From: Hydrogenophilales bacterium 12-61-10
Lineage (GTDB): Bacteria; Pseudomonadota; Gammaproteobacteria; Burkholderiales; Thiobacillaceae
Reading direction: 5' to 3'
Assembly: GCA_002279795.1 (NCBI GenBank)
Contig: NCCT01000012.1
Location: forward strand, 8,861-72,860
DNA length: 64,000 nucleotides
Shown here piece after piece: positions 41,635 through 53,426 of the stretch (position 1 is its first letter; every line of letters begins with the position of its first letter). The notes under the pieces are model-generated. The model made no database searches. It was not told where the DNA came from and worked only from the letters and a program-made list of their open reading frames with translations. Position numbers and translations under genes: made by a program.

Positions 41635-41760
41635 AAGGCGCTTGTTTGACTGGTACAAAACGCCTGGGTGGGGCGACCTGGCCGGGCGCGCCGGCGTCTC
41701 CCAAGGGGGCTTGCCTGCTCCGTTACAGGCGTTTCTCATGGGCGACCCGGGCTGCGCAAT

Positions 41761-42222
41761 TTACCGCGGCACGACACGGGCATTCGTTCCGCTGCCCTCG
41801 ACGCGCACGCGCATGCCATCGCGCAAACGGTTGTCCACCGGCTGCGTGATCGTGACGCTGCCACCGGTACTCATGTTGACGACAATCCGCTGGGCATCCT
41901 GTTTTTGGCCCAGCTTGCTCTCGGCATAGGTGCCCGCCACGCCACCCAGCACTGCACCCGCCACCGTGGCCGTGGTGCTGTCGCCTATGCCGGCGCCCAG
42001 CAAGCCACCCGCCACCGCGCCTGCGGCGGTACCGACGCCGAGCTTGTACTTGTCATCGACCTGGATGGTTTCCAGCTGGACGATGGTGCCGTTCCGGTCC
42101 GACTGGCTGGCCGATGAACTGTTGGTTTCGCCATATTGCGTTCCGCCCAGGCTGCCCATTTCGGCACACCCGCCGGCCAGGCCTGCCACCAACAGTAACG
42201 ATACGGTGATGCGTGGATTCAT
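41761..42222 (-). CDS. Glycine-zipper outer-membrane lipoprotein (SlyB-like)
   Basis: Lipobox LAGGC; GTAAGAVAGGLLG...GAVLGGVAG zipper. Confidence 0.85.
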   Translation of the reverse strand: MNPRITVSLLLVAGLAGGCAEMGSLGGTQYGETNSSSASQSDRNGTIVQLETIQVDDKYKLGVGTAAGAVAGGLLGAGIGDSTTATVAGAVLGGVAGTYAESKLGQKQDAQRIVVNMSTGGSVTITQPVDNRLRDGMRVRVEGSGTNARVVPR

Positions 42223-42413
42223 GACGACACTCCTTAATGGGTTGGAGTGCTCAATATAGGTAATCGCAGGCCGTTTGGCGGGTGTGCGCCAAACAAAGCG
42301 TTATGTGAGGGGATCAACGGCGAGGGGCCTGACTGCAGCTTCCGCGCGCCGGGCCATGGGTTCGCCGCAGCCTGATGTCCGGGCCGCCCATCAGGCCCGC
42401 AGCTAGCGGCGGC

Positions 42414-43814
42414 TTACTGCCAGCCGCCGCCCAGCACCTTGTACAGCGTCACGCGGTTGGCGGCGTCGGCCAGGCGCACGATGATCAGATCCTGCTCGGC
42501 GAGGTAGAGCGTGCGCTGGGCATCGAGCAGGCCAAGGTAGCTGTCCACGCCGCCCTGGTACCGCGCATCCGACAAACGGAAGCCCGCCTGCGTGGCGTCG
42601 AGTTGCTGACGCCGCGCATCGACCTGCTCGGCGAGCGTGGCGCGCTCGGCGAGGGCGTCGGCCACTTCGCGGAATGCGGTCTGGATGGCTTTCTCGTATT
42701 GCGCGACATTGATGTCGCGCTGAACTTCGGCCACGTCGAGGCTGGCCTTCAGGCGGCCGGCCTCAAAAATCGGAATGCGGATCTGCGGCATGAAGCTCCA
42801 GGTGCCGGATCCGCCCTCGAACAAACCGCCCAGCGTGCTGCTGGCGGACCCGGCGGCGGCGGTCAGGCTGATGCTGGGAAAAAAGGCGGCGCGCGCAGCG
42901 CCAATGCTGGCGTTGGCGGCGCGCAGGTTGCGCTCGGCCTGCAGGATGTCGGGACGGCGCGCGAGCACGGCGGACGGCACGCCCGCCGGCAGCTCGGGCA
43001 CGGCGCTAATGTGGTCGGTCAGCGTGGCGGGCAGCCATTCGGCGGGTACCGCAGCGCCAACGACCAGGGCGAGCGCGTTCTCGTCCTGCGCGACCAGGGT
43101 GGTGAAACGCGCCACGTCGGCATGCGCGCCTTGCAGCAGCGTCTGCGCCTGGTTGTATTCGAGCGCCGAAACAGCGCCTTCGTCTGCGCTGCGGCGGATC
43201 AGGTCGCGCGACTTCAGCCGCGTCTCGTAGGTGCTGCGCGCCAGCGCCAGCCGTTCGCGGTCGGCGGCCAGCGTCAGCCAGACGTTGGCGACTTCGGCCA
43301 CCAGGCTGATCTGCGCGCTGCGGCGGGCCTCTTCGGTGCCGAGGTAGGTTTCGAGCGACGCTGCATTGAGGCTGCGGATGCGGCCGAAGAAATCGAGTTC
43401 GTAAGCGGAAAAACCTATCGTTGCGCTGTACTGGCGATTGATCTCGGCGTTGCCGCTGGCCGTGAGGTCGCCCGGCAGGCGCTGCGCGGTTTGCCCGCCA
43501 GTGGCGCCGACAGCCGGAAACAGGTCGGCGCGCTGGATGCCGTATTGGGCGCGCGCCTTTTCGATGTTGAGCGCGGCGATGCGCAGGTCGCGGTTGTTGG
43601 CCAGCGCCAGTGCGATCACCTCGCGCAGTTGTGCGTCGGCAAAATAATCGCGCCAGGCGATGGCGTCGGCCGGCGTGGCCTCGGCGGGTGCTGAAGCCGC
43701 CTGCGGAAAAGCGGTCGGCACCGGTGCCGTGGGGCGCTGATAGTCGGGCATCAGGGTGCAGGCGCCGGTCAGGCTGGCAGCGAGCACGATGCTCAGGGTG
43801 CGGAGTGGGCTCAT
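42414..43814 (-). CDS. RND outer-membrane factor (OprM/NodT family)
   Basis: Lipobox [26 protein letters not shown]. Confidence 0.92.
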   Translation of the reverse strand: MSPLRTLSIVLAASLTGACTLMPDYQRPTAPVPTAFPQAASAPAEATPADAIAWRDYFADAQLREVIALALANNRDLRIAALNIEKARAQYGIQRADLFPAVGATGGQTAQRLPGDLTASGNAEINRQYSATIGFSAYELDFFGRIRSLNAASLETYLGTEEARRSAQISLVAEVANVWLTLAADRERLALARSTYETRLKSRDLIRRSADEGAVSALEYNQAQTLLQGAHADVARFTTLVAQDENALALVVGAAVPAEWLPATLTDHISAVPELPAGVPSAVLARRPDILQAERNLRAANASIGAARAAFFPSISLTAAAGSASSTLGGLFEGGSGTWSFMPQIRIPIFEAGRLKASLDVAEVQRDINVAQYEKAIQTAFREVADALAERATLAEQVDARRQQLDATQAGFRLSDARYQGGVDSYLGLLDAQRTLYLAEQDLIIVRLADAANRVTLYKVLGGGWQ

Positions 43815-46800
43815 GGTTTGACCTCCTGTGGCGCCGCGACCGATACGCTGCTGTCGGGGTGCGGCTTGTCCTTGAAAATGCGCTTGATCATGACGTAGAA
43901 CAGCGGCACGAAAAAGATGCCGAGCGCGGTGCCGACCACGGTGCCGCCGAGCACGCCGGTGCCGATCGCATTCTGGCTGCCGGAGCCGGCGCCGGTGGCA
44001 AGCACCAGCGGCAGCACGCCGAGGCCGAAGGCGAGCGAGGTCATCAGGATCGGGCGCAGGCGCATGCGGATGGCTTCCATCGTGGCGGTGAGCAGATCCT
44101 TGCCCTCTTCTTCCATCTGCGCCTTGGCGAATTCGACGATCAGGATCGCGTTCTTCGACGACAGGCCGATGGTCGCCAGCAGGCCGACCTGAAAGTAGAT
44201 GTCGTTGGACAGCCCGCGCCCGGTGGCGGCGAGCAGCGCGCCCAGCACGCCGAGTGGCACCACCAGCATCACCGCGAACGGCACCGACCAGCTTTCATAC
44301 AGCGCGGCCAGGCACAGGAACACAACCAGCAGCGACAGCGCATACAGGGCCGGCGCCTGCGAACCGCTGCGGCGTTCCTCGAAGGAGGTGCCGGTCCATT
44401 CGTAGCCGATGCCGGGCGGCAGTTTGGCCATGATTTCCTCCACCGCCAGCATCGCCTCGCCCGACGACAGGCCGGGCGCGGCCTGGCCCAGCAACTCGAC
44501 CGAGGACTGGCCGTTGTAACGCTCGAGCCGCGGCGAACCGAAGCTCCATTTGGCCTGGGTAAAGGCGGAGAACGGCACCATCTCGCCGGCCTTGTTGCGC
44601 ACATACCATTTGCCGAGATCGTCCGGCGTCATGCGGGCGCCGGCGTCGGCCTGCAGGTAGACCTTCTTGATGCGGCCGCGGTCGATGAAGTCGTTGACAT
44701 AGGTGCCGCCCCAGGCGGTGGACAGCGTGTCGTTGATGTCGGCCACCGTCACCCCGAGCGCGCCGGCTTTGGCGTGGTCGATTTCGAGTTGGTACTCGGG
44801 CGTGTCGTCCTGGCCATTGGGACGCACACCGACCAGCCGCTTGTCCTGCGACGCCATGCCGAGGAACTGGTTGCGCGCGGCGATCAGCGCGTCGTGGCCG
44901 AGGCCGGAGCGATCCTGCAACTGCACGTTGAAGCCGCTGGAGGTACCAAGCTCGATCACCGCCGGCGGTACGAAGGCGAACACCATTGCCTCGCGGATTT
45001 GCGAGAACGCGCCCATCGCACGCCCGGCCACCGACTTGACGTCCATGCCGGGCCCCTTGCGCTCGTCCCAGTGCTTCAGGTTGACGAAGGCGATGCCCAT
45101 GTTCTGGCCGCCGCCGCCAAAGCTGAAACCGGCCACGGTGAACACCGCGCGCACCGTGTCTTTTTCGTCTTGCAGAAAATGCCGCTCGACTTTTTTCAAC
45201 ACCTCCAGCGTGCGTTCCTGGGTGGCGCCGGCAGGCAGCATGATCTGGTTGAACAGGATGCCCTGGTCTTCTTCCGGCAGAAACGAGGTCGGCATGCGCA
45301 CGAACAACAGGCCGAGCACCACGACGATCGCCAGATAAATGGCCAGATAGCGCACGCTGCGCTTGAGAATGCCGCCGACCGCCGATTCGTAGCGCTGCGT
45401 GTTGCGCGCGAACATGCGGTTGAACCAGCGGAAAAATCCGCCCAGCACGCGGCCTTCATCGTGACCATGGCCCTTTTCCACCGGTTTGAGCATCGTCGCG
45501 CACAGCGCCGGGGTGAACACGATCGCCACCAGCACCGACAAGGCCATGGCGGCGACGATGGTGATCGAGAACTGGCGATAGATCACGCCGGTGGAGCCGC
45601 CGAAGAACGCCATCGGCACGAACACCGCCGACAGCACCAGGCCGATGCCGACCAGCGCGCCGGTGATCTGGCGCATCGACTTCTTGGTCGCCTCCTTCGG
45701 CGACAAGCCTTCCTCGGTCATCACGCGCTCGACGTTTTCAACCACCACGATGGCGTCGTCCACCAGCAGGCCGATCGCCAGCACGATGCCGAACATCGTC
45801 AGCGTGTTGATCGTGAAGCCGAACGCCGCCATCACGCCGAAAGTGCCGAGCAGCACCACGGGAATCGCGATGGTGGGAATCAGCGTGGCGCGCAGGTTCT
45901 GCAGGAACAGGAACATCACCAGAAACACCAGCGCGACCGCCTCGACCAGCGTCATGACCACCGACTTGATCGAGATGCGGACGAAGGGCGTGGTGTCGTA
46001 GGGCACCACGGCCTCGACTCCGGCCGGGAAATAGGGCTGCAGCTCGGCGAGCTTGGCGCGCACCGCATCGGCCGTTTCCAGCGCGTTGGCGCCGGCGGCA
46101 AGCTTGATGCCGACACCGGCAGCGGGCTCACCGTTGAAGCGCGCCATCGTGCCGTAGTTTTCGGCGCCGATCTCGACCCGGGCCACATCGCCCAGGCGCA
46201 CTTCGCCGCCCTGCGCCGAGGTCCGTAGTTTTCGGCGCCGATCTCGACCCGGGCCACATCGCCCAGGCGCACTTCGCCGCCCTGCGCCGAGGTACGCAGC
46301 AAAATGGCATTGAACTGTTGCGCGTTTTGCAAGCGGCTCTGCGCGGTGATCGTCGCGCTGAATCCCTGGCCGGGCACCGACGGCGTGCCGCCAAGCTGGC
46401 CGGCCGACACCTGCGTGTTCTGCGCCTGGATCGCGGCCTTGACGTCACCGGGCGTGAGATTGAAGCTGTTCAGCCTGGCCGGATCAAGCCAAACCCGCAT
46501 GGCGTACTGCGAGCCGAACACCTGCAGTTCGCCGACGCCGGTCACGCGCGACAGCGGATCCTGCAGGTTGGACACCACAAAGTCCGACAGGTCGTTTGCG
46601 TTCAGCTTGCCGTCGGTCGAGGCAAAGCCCAGCACCATGAGGAAATTGCGCGCCGATTTGGCCACCTGCACGCCTTGCTGCTGCACTGCCTGCGGCAGCA
46701 AGGGCAGCGCGGTCTGCAGCTTGTTCTGCACCTGCACCTGGGCGATATCGGGATCGGTGTCGGCGTTGAAGGTGAGCGTTACCGTGGCTCGGCCGTTGGC

Positions 46801-47049
46801 ATCGCTCGACGAGTTCATGTAGAGCAAGCCGTCGAGGCCGGTCATCTTTTGCTCGATGACCTGGGTCACCGAGTCTTCCACCGATTTGGCCGACGCGCCG
46901 GGATAGCTGGCGTTGATGGCGATGGCCGGCGGCGCGATGGCGGGATATTGCGAAATCGGCAGGCCGAGGATGGACAGCGCCCCCGCCAGCATGATGACGA
47001 GGGCGATAACCCACGCGAAGATGGGCCGGTCGATGAAGAAGTTAGCCAT
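43811..47049 (-). pseudogene. acrB: AcrB/MexB-family RND permease, frameshifted by a 71-bp tandem duplication
   Basis: [14 protein letters not shown] start; [16 protein letters not shown]; KNAILIVEF; RLRPILMTS; split between ORFs 45952-47049 and 43811-46201. Confidence 0.85.
46152..46293. repeat. Exact 71-bp tandem duplication
   Basis: 46152-46222 equals 46223-46293 (ccgtagttttcggcgcc...gcgccgaggt). Confidence 0.92.
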
Positions 47050-47060
47050 GGTCGCCTACC

Positions 47061-48251
47061 TCATTTGGCCGCTGGGGCGGCAGCCGGGGCAGCCGCAGCT
47101 GCGGCCGCATCCTGCACTTGCACCGGCGCGCCGGGCTTCACTTTCTGCAGCCCTTCGACGATGACGCGGTCGCCGGCAGCGAGGCCTTCGGTCACCACCC
47201 AGTTGTCGCCTTTAGATTGCACCGCCTCGACGACGCGAGCCTCGACCTTGTTTTCGGCGTTGACCACCATCACGGTCGCATTGCCTTTAGGGTCGCGGCT
47301 GACGGCGGCATGCGGCACCAGCATGGCATCGCGGTTGACGCCCTGGGTCAGCCGCGCGCGCACGTACATGCCGGGCAACAGTTCGCCCTTGGGGTTGGGG
47401 AAAACGGCGCGCAGCGTCACGCTGCCGGTAGCCTGATCGACCGTGACTTCGGAAAATTCCAGCTTGCCCTCGGCGCCGTAGGCACTGCCGTCTTCCAGTA
47501 CCAGCTGCACCGGCACGCTGGTGCCGCCCGCCCGTGTCAGCGTGCCTGCGTCGAGCGCGCGTTTGAGGGTGAGCAACTCGGTGCTCGACTGCGTCAAATC
47601 GACATAGATCGGATCAAGCTGCTGCACCGTGGCCAGCGCCGCGACCTGGTTCGCCGTCACCAGCGCGCCAGCGGTCACGCTCGAGCGACCGATGCGGCCG
47701 GCAATCGGCGACGTCACGCGGGTGTAATCGAGATCGACCCGCGCGCGGTCGAGCGCCGCCTTCGCCACGCCAACATCGGCCTGCGCCTGTTTTTGTCCTG
47801 CTTGCGCTTCGTCGTTGGCCTGGGCACTCACCGCCTCGATCTTTACCAGCCGGGCATAACGGCCGGCCTTCAAGCGTGCGGCTTCGAGATTGGCCTCGGC
47901 GCGCGCCTGGCTGGCACGCGCGCTGTCGTAGGCGGCCTGATACGTTGCCGGGTCGAGCCGGTACAGCACCTGACCCGCCTTGACCTCGCTGCCTTCCTTG
48001 AACAGGCGCGCCTTGACGATGCCCGTCACCTGCGGGCGCAGTTCGGCGACCTGATACGGCACCGTGCGGCCCGGCAGCTCGGCGACCTGCGCCACCGATT
48101 CCGGCTGCACCGTCACCACCGTAACCGTCGGGGTGCCCGGCGGCCCGCCGGCTGGCGGCTGTTTCTGGCCGTCGCCACAGGCGCTGAACAGCAAGGCTCC
48201 GGTCAGGGCGATGCCGGCTGTCAGAAATGGCAGGATGCGTGGGGTCTGCAT
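47061..48251 (-). CDS. acrA: RND periplasmic adaptor (AcrA/MexA family)
   Basis: Lipobox FSAC, ELPGRT, RPQVTGI, SPIAGRIG, LLPGMYVR. Confidence 0.92.
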   Translation of the reverse strand: MQTPRILPFLTAGIALTGALLFSACGDGQKQPPAGGPPGTPTVTVVTVQPESVAQVAELPGRTVPYQVAELRPQVTGIVKARLFKEGSEVKAGQVLYRLDPATYQAAYDSARASQARAEANLEAARLKAGRYARLVKIEAVSAQANDEAQAGQKQAQADVGVAKAALDRARVDLDYTRVTSPIAGRIGRSSVTAGALVTANQVAALATVQQLDPIYVDLTQSSTELLTLKRALDAGTLTRAGGTSVPVQLVLEDGSAYGAEGKLEFSEVTVDQATGSVTLRAVFPNPKGELLPGMYVRARLTQGVNRDAMLVPHAAVSRDPKGNATVMVVNAENKVEARVVEAVQSKGDNWVVTEGLAAGDRVIVEGLQKVKPGAPVQVQDAAAAAAAPAAAPAAK

Positions 48252-48351
48252 GGAAAACCTTTCGTAAATTAAGCGCTGGCTCGCCTGGCTTTTCGTGTCT
48301 GCCGTTATACCCAACCCTGACGACACACCCAACCGGGTCGGCAATAAAAAT

Positions 48352-48371
48352 TAGAATGAACGTTCAATCTA
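48352..48371. promoter_or_regulatory. Putative TetR operator
   Basis: tagaatgaacgttcaatcta near-perfect palindrome between divergent acrA and tetR. Confidence 0.7.
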
Positions 48372-48443
48372 TATTAATATCGAAACAGGCGCAACATGTC
48401 TGAGTAGGTTCAGCAAACTAAGTGCCACATCACTGGAGAAATA

Positions 48444-49061
48444 ATGAACGCGTCCAGCCCCCTTCCCGCCGATACGCCACGCGCCGATGCACGGCGCGAC
48501 CAGATCCGCACCGCTGCCGCACTGTGTTTTCGCGAGCACGGCTTTCACGGCAGCAGCATCGCGCAGATATCGAAAGTCGCCGGCATGAGCACCGGCCATA
48601 TCTATCACTACTTTGAAAATAAAGAGGCGATCATTGCCGACATCGTCGCGCAGGACCTGCAACGCCTGCTGACCCTGACCGCCGAACTGCGCGCGGCCAG
48701 CGACGTCAAGGCAGCCATGATCGAGCGCGCCGTGATCGGGGTGCAGGAAAACCTCGACCCGCGATCAGCCGGGCTGCAACTGGAGATCGTCGCCGAGGCC
48801 TCGCGCAACCCGCACATTGCAGAAATCGTCGAGGCTGCCGACCGCCAATGCCGCGAAAGCCTGGCTGCGACCATCCGCACACAACGGCTGGCCGCGGGTC
48901 ACCAGGATAGCGACGCCACGCTGGCTGGCATGGTCGAAGCCATTTCAGCAATGTTCGAAGGCTTGCGGATACGCGCCATCCGCAATCCGGACATCGACCG
49001 CGATGGCGTGGTGCTGATGTTTCGCCGCATGGTCGCCGATCTGCTTTCGCAAACGCATTAG
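48444..49061 (+). CDS. TetR/AcrR-family regulator
   Basis: FREHGFHGSSIAQISKVAGMSTGHIYHYFENKE HTH. Confidence 0.92.
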   Translation: MNASSPLPADTPRADARRDQIRTAAALCFREHGFHGSSIAQISKVAGMSTGHIYHYFENKEAIIADIVAQDLQRLLTLTAELRAASDVKAAMIERAVIGVQENLDPRSAGLQLEIVAEASRNPHIAEIVEAADRQCRESLAATIRTQRLAAGHQDSDATLAGMVEAISAMFEGLRIRAIRNPDIDRDGVVLMFRRMVADLLSQTH

Positions 49062-49336
49062 CGGGCGCGCAGATCTGGCGCAGCCTGCTGTTGCTCCCCG
49101 CTGCAGCTGCGGCTAGCAGTCTGTCGGACTTGAAGAATCGAAGCGAAAATTTGGCTGGGCGAGGGCAGATTTTCACGGTTTTCAAGCCAATAGTCGTTCT
49201 ATTGGCGCAGGAAAGCGGGGGAATATGCACCGGCGAGGCGAATTTGCAGCCGATTTCCTTCTAGTCCGACAGGCTGCTAGACTCGCCGGGTTGCTTTCGA
49301 TTGCCTGTCTTGTGAATTTCCCTCCCCCTGCTCCCC

Positions 49337-50095
49337 ATGCCGCGCCGACGTGAGTCCCGCCCCGCGCCCGCGCTGGAATTAAAAACCACGCGGCTCGCTG
49401 GCATACAAGTCATTATCAACAGCGCCGAGCATGCGGTGCTGGCCACTCACATCAACACCCTGTTTGCCGCGACGCCGGACTTCTTCGGCGGCGAAGCAGC
49501 GGTGTTCGAGTGCGGCCGGCTGCCGGCCGACGCACCCTCGCCCGACTGGGCCTGGCTGGCGCAGGAACTGACCAGCCGCGGGCTCAATCCCTTTGCGGTG
49601 CAGAACGCATCGGCCGAACTGGCCGCCAGCGCCCGGCAGGCGGGTCTGCTGGTGCTCAATGCCGAAGCGCCCGCGCCCGTGCCTGCCGCTATCACCGCAG
49701 AACCGCAGCCGGAGCCCGAACCCGCAACACACCCCGACCCGCAACCCGCGGTGCCTGCCGCCGCGACCACCCTCATCATCGACAAGCCGCTGCGCTCGGG
49801 CCAGCGGGTGTACGCGGCGGGGGGCGACATCGTGGTGCTGGCGGCGGTCAACCCCGGCTCGGAAGTCATCGCCGACGGCAGCATCCACGTCTATGCGCCG
49901 CTCAAGGGCCGGGCGCTCGCCGGCGCGCGCGGCGACACCTCGGCACGGATTTTCACCACCCATCTCGAAGCCGAACTGGTCTCGATCGCGGGCGTGTATC
50001 GCACCTTCGACACGGCGCTGGATGCGTCCGTGGCAAAGAAGCCTGCGCAGATCCGCCTCACCGATGCGAGCCAGATCCTCATCGAATCCCTCTAA
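49337..50095 (+). CDS. minC: Septum site-determining protein MinC
   Basis: [37 protein letters not shown]. Confidence 0.92.
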   Translation: MPRRRESRPAPALELKTTRLAGIQVIINSAEHAVLATHINTLFAATPDFFGGEAAVFECGRLPADAPSPDWAWLAQELTSRGLNPFAVQNASAELAASARQAGLLVLNAEAPAPVPAAITAEPQPEPEPATHPDPQPAVPAAATTLIIDKPLRSGQRVYAAGGDIVVLAAVNPGSEVIADGSIHVYAPLKGRALAGARGDTSARIFTTHLEAELVSIAGVYRTFDTALDASVAKKPAQIRLTDASQILIESL

Positions 50096-50119
50096 ACCCC
50101 CATCAATAAAGGAAGCTCT

Positions 50120-50935
50120 GTGACCACCATCATCACCGTCACCTCCGGCAAGGGTGGCGTCGGCAAGACGACCACCAGCGCATCGATCGCCAGCGGCCTG
50201 GCCATGCGCGGCTTCAAAACCGCCGTGATCGACTTCGACGTCGGCCTGCGCAACCTCGACCTCATCATGGGCTGCGAACGCCGCGTGGTGTACGACTTCG
50301 TCAACGTCATCCAGGGCGACGCCAACCTGCACCAGGCGCTGATCAAGGACAAGAACACCGACAACCTGTTCGTGCTGCCTGCCTCGCAGACGCGCGACAA
50401 GGATGCGCTCACCGAAGAAGGCGTGGAGAAGGTGCTGAAGGAACTGGAACACCAGGGCTTCGACTACATCGTCTGCGATTCGCCCGCCGGCATCGAGCAC
50501 GGCGCGATCATGGCGCTGACCTTCGCCGACGTGGCCATCGTCGTCACCAACCCGGAAGTCTCGTCGGTGCGCGACTCCGACCGCATCCTCGGCATCATCC
50601 AGTCAAAAAGCCGCCGCGCCATCGAAGGCCGCGAGCCGGTAATCGAACACCTGCTGGTGACCCGCTACTCGCCCAAGCGCGCAGCTGAAGGCGAAATGCT
50701 GTCCTATACCGACATTCAGGAGCTGCTACGGATTCCGCTCTTGGGCGTCATCCCCGAATCCGAGGCCGTGCTGCACGCGTCCAACCAGGGCATCCCGGCG
50801 ATTCACCAAAAAGACACGCCGGTGGCCGATGCCTATCTGGATGCGATTGGCCGCTTTCTCGGCGAAACACACCCATTGCGTTTTGTCGACTACGAAAAAC
50901 CGGGCCTGCTAAAGCGCCTGTTCGGAGGCAAGTAA
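50120..50935 (+). CDS. minD: MinD ATPase
   Basis: [22 protein letters not shown]-terminal GLLKRLFGG. Confidence 0.97.
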   Translation: MTTIITVTSGKGGVGKTTTSASIASGLAMRGFKTAVIDFDVGLRNLDLIMGCERRVVYDFVNVIQGDANLHQALIKDKNTDNLFVLPASQTRDKDALTEEGVEKVLKELEHQGFDYIVCDSPAGIEHGAIMALTFADVAIVVTNPEVSSVRDSDRILGIIQSKSRRAIEGREPVIEHLLVTRYSPKRAAEGEMLSYTDIQELLRIPLLGVIPESEAVLHASNQGIPAIHQKDTPVADAYLDAIGRFLGETHPLRFVDYEKPGLLKRLFGGK

Positions 50936-50936
50936 T

Positions 50937-51191
50937 ATGTCCTGGCTCTCCCACATTTTCGGCGAAAAGAAAGCCACCGCCTCGGTCGCCAAAGAGCGTC
51001 TGCAACTCATCATCGCGCGTGAACGCGTGGGCCTGTCCGGCCCGGATTTCCTGCCCGACCTGCAGAAAGACCTGGTCGCGGTGATCTCGAAATACGTCAA
51101 GATCAACCCCGAAGACATCAAGGTCGGGTTGGAAAAACAAGGCAATTTCGAGGTGATCGAAGTCAACATCGTGCTGCCCGAGATGCGCTGA
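50937..51191 (+). CDS. minE: MinE
   Basis: [17 protein letters not shown]. Confidence 0.96.
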   Translation: MSWLSHIFGEKKATASVAKERLQLIIARERVGLSGPDFLPDLQKDLVAVISKYVKINPEDIKVGLEKQGNFEVIEVNIVLPEMR

Positions 51192-51225
51192 TCCGCGCTC
51201 GCGTCTGCACCCATTCAAGTTCACA

Positions 51226-51253
51226 CCCGCTGGCGCAACCGGGTGGCTTTTTG
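51226..51253 (+). terminator. Probable intrinsic terminator after minE
   Basis: acccg...cgggt stem followed by ggcttttt. Confidence 0.4.
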
Positions 51254-51312
51254 TCAGGGCGGCAAACTGCACTGGCTCCGGTTGGCGGTCGTGCGGCACG
51301 AGGCTCTCAGCA

Positions 51313-52824
51313 ATGGACAACACGACCGACCTGATCCTCAACCTGCACGACCCGGCCTGTTATGACCACGCTGCAGGCCCGGTCAGGCTGATTGAAACCC
51401 ACATCTCCTGGGTGCTGCTCACCGGCGAATTCGCTTACAAAATCAAGAAGCCGCTCAATCTGGGATTTCTCGATTTCAGCAGCCTGAGCCAGCGCCTGCA
51501 CGCCTGCTGCGACGAAGTGCAACTCAACCGTCGGCTCGCGCCCGAACTCTATCTCGATGTCGTCCCGATTACCGGCACGCCCGCCGCCCCGCGCGTCAAC
51601 GGCACCGGCGAGACGTTCGAATATGCCGTGAAAATGCGCCAGTTTCCGCCCGACGCCACGCTCGACCGACTCGACGCCAATGGCGGCATGGGTACGCGGC
51701 AGGTCGAAGCCATCGCCACCACGCTCGGCCGGTTTCATCTGGAAACCTGCGCCCGCGCCGGTGCCGACAGCCCCTGGGGCAGCGCGGAAACCGTCTGGCA
51801 GCCGGTGGCGCAAAATTTTGCGCAGATCGCCCCGCACCTCGACGCAGCAGCCGACCGCCAGACGCTCAATGCCCTGCAGCGCTGGAGCGCAACCGAACAC
51901 GCACGCCTCGCGCCGCTGATGGCTGCACGCAAGCGCGACGGGTTTATTCGCGAATGCCATGGCGACCTGCACCTCGGCAATCTGGCCTGGGTGGACGATC
52001 AGCTGCTGGTGTTCGACTGCCTCGAATTCAATCCCGAACTGCGCTGGATCGACATTCAATCTGAAACTGCTTTTTGCTACATGGACCTGCTGCAACGCGG
52101 CCATGCAGACTGGGCGTGGCTGTTTCTCAATGGCTGGCTGGAACAAACCGGCGACTACGCCGGGCTGGCGCTGCTGCGCTATTACGCGGTGTACCGCGCA
52201 CTGGTACGCGCCAAGGTCGCGGCAATCCGCACCGGGCAGCTGGCCGGCGCCGAACGCGACGCCGCGCTTGCCGGGGTGCGCACGTTGCTGCACCTGGCGT
52301 CGACCCTGACGCGGCCCCTGCCCGTGCGCCTCGACATTACCCACGGCCTGTCGGGGTCGGGGAAATCCACCGCCACCCGCGGCCTGATGCAGGCGCCCGG
52401 CGCCATCCGCCTGCGTTCCGACGTCGAGCGCAAGCGCCTTGCCGGGCTCGACGCCCTGGCATGCAGCGGTTCCGGCATCGGTCAGGATTTGTACGCAGCC
52501 GGCGCCACGCGCCGCACCTACGCCCATCTGGCCCAACTGGCGGGAACCTTGATGGACGCCGGCTGGCCGGTGATCGTCGATGCCACGTTTACCGCGCGCT
52601 GGCAGCGCGACCAGCTGCGGGAAACCGCGCGCAGCCGGGGCGTGGCATTTCGCATCCTGGATTTTCCGGTCGACGTCGCTACCCTGCGCGAACGCATCCT
52701 GCAGCGAGCGCGTGCAGGCAACGATGCTTCAGAAGCCAGCCTTGCGGTACTGCAACATCAGCTCGATAGCGAAGATCCGCTCACAGAAGACGAGCAGGCC
52801 GACCGGGTGAGAATCGTCCCCTGA
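51313..52824 (+). CDS. Aminoglycoside-phosphotransferase-like kinase fused to a P-loop (AAA_33) domain
   Basis: IETHISWV, ECHGDLHLGN, FDCLEF, GLSGSGKST, RSDVERK, VDATF. Confidence 0.85.
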   Translation: MDNTTDLILNLHDPACYDHAAGPVRLIETHISWVLLTGEFAYKIKKPLNLGFLDFSSLSQRLHACCDEVQLNRRLAPELYLDVVPITGTPAAPRVNGTGETFEYAVKMRQFPPDATLDRLDANGGMGTRQVEAIATTLGRFHLETCARAGADSPWGSAETVWQPVAQNFAQIAPHLDAAADRQTLNALQRWSATEHARLAPLMAARKRDGFIRECHGDLHLGNLAWVDDQLLVFDCLEFNPELRWIDIQSETAFCYMDLLQRGHADWAWLFLNGWLEQTGDYAGLALLRYYAVYRALVRAKVAAIRTGQLAGAERDAALAGVRTLLHLASTLTRPLPVRLDITHGLSGSGKSTATRGLMQAPGAIRLRSDVERKRLAGLDALACSGSGIGQDLYAAGATRRTYAHLAQLAGTLMDAGWPVIVDATFTARWQRDQLRETARSRGVAFRILDFPVDVATLRERILQRARAGNDASEASLAVLQHQLDSEDPLTEDEQADRVRIVP

Positions 52825-52948
52825 CGCTTGCCGCTTTGAAGCATTGCCCTGAATAGACAGCCGTAAGGCCGTAACCCGCCGCCTGGCCACATGCAAGCGC
52901 TTATTTGCGCGTGCTACGCGCGGGTGGCAACCGGTCGATTGCGTCGAC

Positions 52949-53263
52949 TTACTTCCACATCACATCGACTTGATCCCTTGCCGCCGCAGTGAGCAGTTCA
53001 ATCAAGGGCAACGCCCGATGGGCCAAGCTGACCGGTTGCTGTTCGTCCGCGTCAGCGTGGGGATCCGCCGATGCGCTCTGTGGCGGGGCAGCCTTGATCT
53101 GATCGACCGCGCGCTTCAAATTCTCAAGCGCCGCCGGCACGTCGGCGGCCAGGATGGCGCCAGGAACCGTGTCGCTGTGTCCCATCATTTTGAGCAAGCT
53201 TTGCGCCACATCGCCAAACATCGTTATATCGGCATAGGCCTTGCACGTAAACGTCACCAGCAT
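52949..53263 (-). CDS. DUF1840-like protein
   Basis: MLVTF...ITMFGDVA...PGAI...RALPLIELL...VMW. Confidence 0.75.
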   Translation of the reverse strand: MLVTFTCKAYADITMFGDVAQSLLKMMGHSDTVPGAILAADVPAALENLKRAVDQIKAAPPQSASADPHADADEQQPVSLAHRALPLIELLTAAARDQVDVMWK

Positions 53264-53426
53264 GATGGTCTCCTCAACAATTGGCTAGTTTAGCCCGCTA
53301 TCAGCCAAGCCCGGCAACCGACGTGCAGGCATTGAACTCAGACACCGAAATGGCTTGCAGAAATCACCGGGAGCACACTCGTGAAGGCAACGGCCAACTT
53401 CGCCAAGCCACGCAAAATGTCCGAAT

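Noticed and set aside
41670-41681. 12-bp match (ggggcgacctgg) to the tmRNA 5' end, upstream of the arm-domain gene, as a possible att repeat of a 21-kb island
   Set aside because: Short and GC-rich; integrases use the ssrA 3' end, and the geometry would put tmRNA inside the island; probably chance
43610-46228. Long antisense ORFs (872 aa here; also 1329-2783, 5175-6506, 28719-30062 and others)
   Set aside because: Shadow ORFs opposite real genes in high-GC DNA, with no recognisable motifs
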